Program-made: the position numbers and the translations under genes | Assembly (NCBI RefSeq): GCF_009914755.1 | Contig: NC_060947.1 | DNA from: the human T2T-CHM13v2.0 reference genome, Homo sapiens | DNA length: 64,000 nt | Strand: one strand, 5' to 3' | Shown: positions 60,029-64,000 of the stretch, in pieces | Layout of the letters: every line of letters begins with the position of its first letter | How positions within the stretch are numbered: the first letter of the stretch is position 1 | The notes under the pieces: generated by a model | What the model was told of the DNA's origin: nothing | Database searches by the model: none | What the model saw: only the letters and a program-made list of their open reading frames with translations

Positions 60029-60723
60029 AGAGAGCAAGAGATGTGGCTGAGCTGCCTGCTACCCTTAGTGGCCTACTAGTAGAGTGACTATTTAATCTAT
60101 CTGTCTAAATTAGTGCACATTGGGAATGAAGAGAGCATTATTAATAATTATTCTGGGACAACAGGCATAAACTGGAAATGTCTTAGCAACCCAGTATTTA
60201 TGTTGACCCTATCTTTGGGTACTGTGCATCTTGTCAAATTTACTAATTATGCTTATTTTTATGTCTGTCTTTCTCTTGTATATTGTAAGCTATTTAAAAA
60301 CATAGATCTTTGTTTTAACCATGATTACCTATCAAATAACTGGAATAGTACTTGGCACATACTAGGTGCCCAATAAATCTTGTTGAATGAGTGAAATATT
60401 ACTGTATAATAGGCCATTTTTTTGTGATTCATTCCTAGGCTAAATGAGAAATATACTCTTGTGAAAGTCCTTTTCCAGGAAGAAATCTATGAGTATGAAT
60501 AAGATATATTTGAAAAATATACTTTGACCTCCAATAAATGACAGTGTATTACATATTAAAAGCCACATCCTTTTAAGTAGAGTACCACCTATTTGAAGCT
60601 GGTAGACAGCTTCAAAATGTGGTAGACACATTTTCTTACAGAATCCTAGACAGTCATAGCTATGAAAGATTATAGTAATCACCTAACCGATCTTTTCATG
60701 TCAGCTATGACAGTATGCCATAA

Positions 60724-61587
<864 letters not shown>

Positions 61588-62825
61588 TTTATTGGAATAA
61601 CACATACTAGGAGTACCTTACTTAGGATCTGACATTTACTGTTCGATGGGGTAACCTGACAAAAATTCTGCAGGAGGCAATGAAGCACTCTCTAAAGATA
61701 CTATATGAACAATTCTTGCCAGTAGTCACTCCCATTGGGGAATTTGGGAAAGTCATATTCTCCCTCTCCATAAATACATGGACATTTCTGGCTGGCAACC
61801 AAGATGGCCGAATAGGAACAACTCCGGTCTACAGCTCCCAGCATGAGTGACACAGAAGATGGGTGATTTCTGCATTTCCATCTGAGGTACCGGGTTCATC
61901 TCACTAGGGAGTACCAGACAGTGGGCGCAGGACAGTGGGTGCAGCACACCGTGCGAGAGCCAAAGCAGAGCGAGGCATTGCCTCACTTGGGAAGCACAAG
62001 GGGTCAGGTAGTTCCCTTTCCTAGTCAAAGAAAGGGGTGATGGACGGCACCTGGAAAATCGGGTCACTCCCACCCTAATACTGTGCTTTTCCGACGGGCT
62101 TAAAAAATGGCACACCAGGAGATTATATCCCACACCTGGCTCAGAGGGTCCTACGCCCACGGAGTCTTGCTGATTGCTAGCACAGCAGTCTGAGATCAAA
62201 CTGAAAGGCGACAGCAAGGCTGGGGGAGGGGTGCCCGCCATTGCCCAGGCTTGCTTAGGTAAACAAAGCAGCTGGGAAGCTCCAACTGGGTGGAGCCCAC
62301 CACAGCTCAAGGAGGCCTGCCTGACTCTGTAGGCTCCACCTCTGGGGGCAGGGCACAGACAAACAAAAAGACAGCAGTAACCTCTGCAGACTTAAATGTC
62401 CCTGTCTGACAGCTTTGAAGAGAGCAGTGGTTCTCCCAGCATGCAGCTGGAGATCTGAGAATGGGCAGACTGCCTCCTCAAGTGGGTCCCTGACCCCTGA
62501 CCCCCGAGCAGCCTAACTAGGAGGCACCCCCCAGTAGGGGCAGACTGACACCTCACACAGCCAGGTACTCCTCTGAGACAAAACTTCCAGAGGAACGATC
62601 AGACAGGAGCATTCGCGATTCACGAAAATCTGCTGTTCTGCAGCCACCGCTGCTGATACCCAGGGAAACAGGGTCTGGAGTGGACCTCTAGCAAACTCCA
62701 ACAGACCTGCAGCTGAGGGTCCTGTCTGTTAGAAGGGAAACTAACAAACAGAAAGGACATCCACACCAAAAACCCATCTGTACATCACCATCATCAAAGA
62801 CCAAAAGTAGATTAAAACCACAAAG

Positions 62826-63833
62826 ATGGGGAAAAAACAGAGCAGAAAAACTGGAAACTCTAAAAAGCAGAGCACCTCTCCTCCTTCAAAGGAACGCAGA
62901 TCCTCACCAGCAATGGAACAGAGTTGGACGGAGAATGACTTTGATGAGTTGAGAGAAGAAGGCTTCAGACGATCAAACTACTCCAAGCTACAGGAGGAAA
63001 TTCAAACCAAAGGCAAAGAAGTTAAAAACTTTGAAAAAAATTTAGAAGAATGTATAACTAGAATAACCAATACAGAGAAGTGCTTAAAGGAGCTGATGGA
63101 GCTGAAAGCCAAGGCTCGAGAACTACGTGAAGAATGCAGAAGCCTCAGGAGCCAATGCAATCAACTGGAAGAAAGGGTATCAGTGATGGAAGATGAAATG
63201 AATGAAAGGAAGCCAGAAGGGAAGTTTAGAGAAAAAAGAAATGAACAAAGCCTCCAGGAAATATGGGACTATGTGAAAAGACCAAATCTACGTCTGAGTG
63301 GTGTACCTGAAAGTGACGGGGAGAATGGAACCAAGTTGGAAAACACTCTGCAGGATATTATCCAGGAGAACTTCCCCAATCTAGCAAGGCAGGCCAACAT
63401 TCAGATTCAGGAAATACAGAGAATGCCACAAAGATATTCCTCGAGAAGAGCAACTCCAAGACACATAATTGTCAGATTCACCAAAGTTGAAATGAAGGAA
63501 AAAATGTTAAGGGCAGCCAGAGAGAAAGGTCGGGTTACCCACAAAGGGAAGCCCATCAGACTAACAGCGGATCTCTCGGCAAAAACTCTACAAGCCAGAA
63601 GAGAGTGGAGGCCAATATTCAACATTCTTAAAGAAAAGAATTTTCAACCCAGAATTTCATATGCAGCCAAACTAAGCTTCATAAGTGAAGGAGAAATAAA
63701 GTCCTTTACAGACAAGCAAATGCTGAGTGATTTTGTCACCACCAGGCCTGCCCTAAAAGAGCTCCTGAAGGAAGCACTAAACATGGAAAGGAACAACTGG
63801 TACCAGCCACTGCAAAATCATGCCAAATTGTAA
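62826..63833 (+). CDS. LINE-1 ORF1p (uninterrupted, 335 aa)
   Basis: MGKKQSRKTGNSK...ARREW...NHAKL; open frame, with a short in-frame deletion near REKR/NEQ relative to the 338-aa canonical protein. Confidence 0.9.
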   Translation: MGKKQSRKTGNSKKQSTSPPSKERRSSPAMEQSWTENDFDELREEGFRRSNYSKLQEEIQTKGKEVKNFEKNLEECITRITNTEKCLKELMELKAKARELREECRSLRSQCNQLEERVSVMEDEMNERKPEGKFREKRNEQSLQEIWDYVKRPNLRLSGVPESDGENGTKLENTLQDIIQENFPNLARQANIQIQEIQRMPQRYSSRRATPRHIIVRFTKVEMKEKMLRAAREKGRVTHKGKPIRLTADLSAKTLQARREWRPIFNILKEKNFQPRISYAAKLSFISEGEIKSFTDKQMLSDFVTTRPALKELLKEALNMERNNWYQPLQNHAKL

Positions 63834-63896
63834 AGGCCATCGAGACTAGGAAGAAACTGCATCAACTAACGAGCAAAATAACCAGCTAACATCATA

Positions 63897-64000
63897 ATGA
63901 CAGGATCAAATTCACACATAACAATATTAACTTTAAATGTAAATGGACTAAATGCTCCAATGAAAAGACACAGACTGGCAAATGGCATAAAGAGTCAAGA
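63897..64000 (+). CDS. LINE-1 ORF2p N-terminus (partial)
   Basis: ATG ACA GGA TCA AAT TCA CAC ATA = MTGSNSHI; truncated by the window end. Confidence 0.85.
   Translation, partial: MTGSNSHITILTLNVNGLNAPMKRHRLANGIKSQ

Larger units (their letters stand above)
61790..64000 (+). mobile_element. 5' part of an L1PA (about PA3-PA4) with complete 5'UTR; runs off the window
   Basis: ccAAGATGGCCgaatagg YY1-type start, 5'UTR, ORF1, inter-ORF spacer, ORF2 start. Confidence 0.96.

Overview
Mammalian (human-type) genomic DNA, AT-rich and dense in repeats. The translated exons match the Xq21 APOOL/SATL1 locus. On the + strand, the last coding exon of APOOL (MIC27; ...ATQFMPDPKLMDHGQSHPEDIDMYSTRS*) lies at 2059-2147, followed by a potentially long 3'UTR. 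On the - strand, six GT-AG coding exons (23927-22287, 18874-18823, 9955-9875, 9188-9087, 8184-8144, 7520-7350) join into a 695-aa SATL1: about 525 aa of Q/S/P/G/M pentapeptide repeats fused to a SAT1-like GNAT acetyltransferase domain. The remainder is mostly transposon-derived: about 16 Alus (one near-consensus AluYa5), an old near-full-length L1M, a full-length decayed L1PA, the 5' part of a younger L1PA with intact ORF1, a MER50 ERV1 remnant, and L2/MIR/MER/MADE1 elements. The most notable unexplained signals are: (i) a candidate dead gene start at about 58.2-58.5 kb (HNF1/CDX/HNF4/GATA/TATA cluster, a signal-peptide-like exon with two stops, and a GTAAGA donor); (ii) a 102-bp, 98%-identical inverted repeat in non-TE sequence (33256-33357 / 34205-34306); (iii) head-to-head MER50 LTRs with reciprocal central deletions; (iv) probable sense-antisense overlap of the APOOL 3'UTR with the last SATL1 exons; (v) an extended L1 ORF0 pointing toward SATL1; (vi) an apparent L1 3' transduction. 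No wholly new biological system can be claimed from the sequence alone. Repeat subfamily names and gene identities come from recognition and memory, not from a database search.
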